NCBI GenBank assembly: GCA_003971905.1
Contig: RSEE01000033.1
Span: forward strand, 372,001 to 436,000
DNA length: 64,000 nucleotides
Direction of reading: 5' to 3'
DNA from: Moniliella sp. 'wahieum'
Lineage: Eukaryota
The position numbers and the translations under genes were made by a program. The notes under the pieces were generated by a model. It ran no database searches. It saw only the letters and a list, made by a program, of their open reading frames with translations, and had not been told where the DNA came from. Every line of letters starts with the position of its first letter. The stretch's first letter is position 1. Shown piece by piece: positions 63,310 through 64,000 of this stretch.

Positions 63310-64000
63310 GGCACCGCCCATGGTGTTGCGCACCCGTATGGCGGATCCCCCCGAGGAGGTCCTGGCGCCCGAGACGCCCCCCTCCCCGGGAGCCCCGCCC
63401 CCCGCTCCCGCCCCGTCCCCCACACCCGCCCTTTCCCCCACGCCCGCCCCTTTGGCCCCAGAGCACCAAGTGCCGGTCGATGAGACATTCACTCAACCTG
63501 AGCAGATGCCTGACCACGTGACCGGCGCCGGCTTGCTGCCACCTGGGGTCCTGGCACGTGACACGCCCGCCCCGCCCGCCGCCACCCCCACCCCCATCCC
63601 CACCACCCCCGTCCCCGTACCCACCACCCCAGCCCCCCCGCCACCGACTCACCCCCCAAGCGCGAGTATCATTGCTCCCTTTGCACGAACCCTGGCCACA
63701 ACAGGGCCCGCTGCCCCCGCAACTCCGAAGCCAGGAACCCGGTGCCCGAAGTACCGGGTCAAGGCACGCCCCTCCTCCCCAACCCCCAACTCGCCACCCC
63801 CCGGCGCCGCAGCCCCCGGCTGGGCTCCGAACAGCCAACCAATGGCTACGGCGCCGAGACCCCACGCCCCACTACCCACGCCCGCGCCGCGCCCCCGCGC
63901 AGACAGCCCCCCCCGCCGCCGCCACCCCGACCCCTCAACCCCCCGCGCCCCCGCACACCGCCCCCCCGCCGCCGCCGCCGCCCCCACCACCACCGCCACC

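Overview
Gene-dense eukaryotic DNA from a fungus, most likely an intron-poor basidiomycete (Ustilaginomycotina-like; inferred from protein families and sparse 55-90 nt GT..CTRAC..YAG introns). About 22 protein genes are supported: a LysM protein, DJ-1/PfpI, Par32/DUF3602-like, a head-to-head RPS13/RPS6 pair, LETM1-like, TRR1, GPN3, ARL8, arrestin-like, ATP5, long-chain alcohol oxidase, HSP20-like, eIF3a, a DPBB/expansin-like protein, CRC1, chitin deacetylase, an MFS transporter, RPL43, PEX5 and two or three orphans. Many genes, including essential ones, carry single-base frameshifts, which points to unpolished long-read errors rather than pseudogenes, so coordinates are approximate. I found no rRNA, tRNA or CRISPR. 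The most striking unexplained signal is non-coding. Most intergenic regions contain 7-bp-period arrays built as T-N-A (mostly TGA/TCA) followed by a palindromic tetramer. At least 14 of the 16 possible palindromic tetramers are used, and some arrays switch tetramer while keeping the 7-bp register. The window also holds a diverged ~225-bp dispersed repeat, telobox-like motifs at ribosomal protein promoters and a 28-bp minisatellite near the right end.
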